Part shown: positions 22,503 through 24,000 of the stretch, in pieces | Layout: each line of letters opens with the position of its first letter | How positions within the stretch are numbered: the stretch's first letter is position 1 | Source: Enterococcus mediterraneensis | GTDB taxonomy: Bacteria > Bacillota > Bacilli > Lactobacillales > Enterococcaceae | NCBI RefSeq assembly: GCF_900604485.1 | Contig: NZ_UWOP01000001.1 | Coordinates: 1,544,369-1,568,368 of the forward strand | Direction of reading: 5' to 3' | Length of the DNA: 24,000 bases | Position numbers and translations under genes: made by a program | The notes under the pieces: generated by a model | What the model was told of the DNA's origin: nothing | The model's input: only the letters and a program-made list of their open reading frames with translations | The model's database searches: none

Positions 22503-23165
22503 ATGACATTAACAACGGAAAAACTAGGCTATTGGTACGAAACTGATCGACCACTTTTTGAAGATGTTTCATTGACATTTGAAGCGGGGAAAATGTATGG
22601 GATCTTAGGTTCCAGCGGTTCAGGCAAAACAACCTTTCTTTCGCTGATCGCCGGTCTTGATACACCTAAAGCTGGAACCATCACGTTCCAAGAGCGTTCC
22701 TTGAAACAGATCGGATTGCAAAATTATCGGCGACAAGACGTATCCATCGTTTTTCAAGCCTATAATCTGCTGCCGTACTTATCGGCAGTGGACAATGTAG
22801 TGACGGCGATGGAGATCGCCGGTTCAAAACAGCCAGACAAAAAAGCTTATGCTTTAGAGAATTTGGCAAAGGTGGGGATCACATCAGAAATGGCGCATAA
22901 AAAAGTGACATTTCTTTCCGGCGGTCAGCAGCAGCGGGTAGCTATCGTGCGGGCGTTGTGCTGTGAGCATGAGCTGATCGTCGCCGATGAGCCTACCGGA
23001 AATCTTGATGAAGCCACTTCGCAAGAAATCGTGAAACTTTTTCAAGAAATCGCTCATCAGGAAAACCGCTGTGTCATTTTAGTTACTCATGAGCCGGCAG
23101 TCGGCAAAGTTTGCGATGTAGTCTATGAATTGAAAAATCAAGAATTCAGCGAGATCCTTTTATAG
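22503..23165 (+). CDS. ABC transporter ATP-binding protein (MacB/LolD-like)
   Basis: Walker A GSSGSGKTT, Q-loop, signature LSGGQQQRV and Walker B LIVADEPTGNLD. SD is AGGAGGGA. Confidence 0.95.
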   Translation: MTLTTEKLGYWYETDRPLFEDVSLTFEAGKMYGILGSSGSGKTTFLSLIAGLDTPKAGTITFQERSLKQIGLQNYRRQDVSIVFQAYNLLPYLSAVDNVVTAMEIAGSKQPDKKAYALENLAKVGITSEMAHKKVTFLSGGQQQRVAIVRALCCEHELIVADEPTGNLDEATSQEIVKLFQEIAHQENRCVILVTHEPAVGKVCDVVYELKNQEFSEILL

Positions 23166-23211
23166 AAAAACACACTTCCTAGAAACGATGGATTTTTATC
23201 CTATGAAAAAA

Positions 23212-23240
23212 TTGAAAAAATCCTGTTCTTCCGTCATACT
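23212..23240 (+). promoter_or_regulatory. Candidate sigmaA promoter for the YaiI-family gene
   Basis: TTGAAA (23212-23217), a 17-nt spacer and CATACT (23235-23240). Confidence 0.35.
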
Positions 23241-23263
23241 GAAAAAGAACAGGAGGGGTGAAG

Positions 23264-23722
23264 ATGCGTTTAGTGATCGATGGCGATGGTTCGCCGGTCA
23301 AAGAAGAAGTCATTTCATTAGGGAAAGAATTCCATTTACCAGTTGTCATTGTGACGAGCGTGGATCATTATACTCGAAAAGAATATCCGGCATTTGTCCA
23401 ATTTATTTATGTGGATAAGGGAGCGGATCGTGCGGATTATCGTATTGTCAAAGAGATTCAGAAAGAAGATATCGTCATCACCCAAGATTATGGTCTGGCA
23501 TCGTTGGTGTTAGGAAAAAAAGCCCGTGCCTTCCATCATAATGGGAAAGAATATCTGATAGAAACTATCGATGAATTGCTGATGCAACGCTATCTGGGGG
23601 CACAGATGCGTAAATCCGGTTCTCGTACGAAAGGACCAAAGCCCTTCACAGCAGAAGATCGTCAACATTTCAAACAAATTTTGCGGGAAGTTTTACAAAA
23701 AAGCAGTAGTCTCAGAAAATAG
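23264..23722 (+). CDS. YaiI/YqxD-family protein (UPF0178)
   Basis: DGDGSPVKEEVISL..., ITQDYGLASLVL and MRKSGSRTKGPKPF closely follow the B. subtilis YqxD pattern. ATG 23264 lies 7 nt after GGAGGGG. Confidence 0.85.
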   Translation: MRLVIDGDGSPVKEEVISLGKEFHLPVVIVTSVDHYTRKEYPAFVQFIYVDKGADRADYRIVKEIQKEDIVITQDYGLASLVLGKKARAFHHNGKEYLIETIDELLMQRYLGAQMRKSGSRTKGPKPFTAEDRQHFKQILREVLQKSSSLRK

Positions 23723-23743
23723 TATCTGAAACTACTGCTTTTT
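23697..23743. terminator. Bidirectional intrinsic terminator shared by convergent genes
   Basis: AAGCAGTAGTcTCAGA pairs with TCTGAaACTACTGCTT. An A-run lies upstream and a T-run downstream. Both stop codons lie in or next to the stem. Confidence 0.8.
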
Positions 23744-24000
23744 CATTTGCGAAAATACAGATAGATGGAACGGAGGAGGTGCAGGAGCAATACGACTGCT
23801 ACAAAAATCAGTCCAGCGATTCCTAAATGGGTCACCCATTCTGGCTGGCGGGCAGTATTGATCAACAGCAGCGAGGAGCCGATGATCACTGAGGCCAGCA
23901 GCCAGCCGATCACTAAGCGAGTCACCATTTTTTCTACATATGCCAATAATTGAGGCTGATCGCTTACTGTCAATTGCACCCGACTATTGCCGCGAGTGAA
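23743..24000 (-). CDS. 3' end of a CDS continuing beyond the window; the C-terminus has two TM helices (possibly ABC1/UbiB-kinase-like; uncertain)
   Basis: The minus-strand frame stays open from 24000 (FTRGNSRVQLTVSDQ...) to TGA at 23743-23745. Two hydrophobic stretches are present. The tracked GTG start at 23979 is probably internal. Confidence 0.6.
   Translation of the reverse strand, partial: FTRGNSRVQLTVSDQPQLLAYVEKMVTRLVIGWLLASVIIGSSLLLINTARQPEWVTHLGIAGLIFVAVVLLLHLLRSIYLYFRK

Noticed and set aside
18877-23165. Assignment of the TCS/ABC module to a named system (HssRS-HrtAB heme detoxification, or BceRS-BceAB peptide-antibiotic sensing)
   Set aside because: The divergent layout and single FtsX domain recall Hrt. 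However, the permease is much larger than HrtB, and the intergenic repeats (TTAAGG) differ from the HssR box I remember. Bce-type permeases have 10 TM helices. There is not enough evidence for either name.
1-24000. Search for CRISPR arrays, IS or transposase genes, integrases, phage genes, tRNA/rRNA genes and recognisable defence-system genes
   Set aside because: I found none. There are no regularly spaced direct repeats, no DDE or tyrosine-recombinase motifs in any tracked ORF, and no tRNA-like cloverleaf regions that I could see. The accessory content here is metabolic and regulatory rather than mobile or defence-related.

Overview
This window looks like a chromosomal segment from a low-GC Firmicute. 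Protein sequences and gene order suggest Lactobacillales, probably Enterococcus-like, but that is inference only. It holds about 25 intact CDSs. I found no rRNA, tRNA, CRISPR array, transposase or integrase. Housekeeping genes occupy the left end: ribosomal protein L25/Ctc, an RsuA-type pseudouridine synthase, a HAD nucleotidase and uridine kinase. Two separate GntR/HutC-controlled PTS catabolic islands follow. Island 1 (4.3-9.6 kb) encodes GntR, a PepV-like M20 dipeptidase, a glycosylasparaginase-type Ntn hydrolase, EIIB, EIIC and a stand-alone homologue of the GrdB N-terminal domain. It is most simply read as a glyco-amino-acid (GlcNAc-Asn type) utilisation locus. Island 2 (11.3-18.8 kb) encodes GntR, an orphan EIIC, a small membrane peptide, a DUF871/MupG-like 6-phospho-glycosidase, an amidohydrolase/deacetylase, a DgaE-like PLP ammonia-lyase, a DgaF-like KDGP aldolase and a PfkB kinase. 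I interpret it as a so far uncharacterised PTS-dependent route for a disaccharide whose aglycone is an N-acetyl-amino-sugar acid. Chitobionic acid from LPMO-oxidised chitin is the best candidate substrate. Between the islands lie a TVP38-family membrane protein, an OsmC-family protein and an orphan promoter-to-terminator unit of about 170 nt that looks like a small RNA. The right end carries an OmpR/HisKA two-component system divergent from a MacB/FtsX-type ABC exporter, a YaiI/YqxD-family gene and the 3' end of a membrane protein. Both islands have readable sigmaA promoters with palindromic operators inside them and cre-like boxes next to them. All functional calls rest on motif recognition by eye. 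No database search was run.
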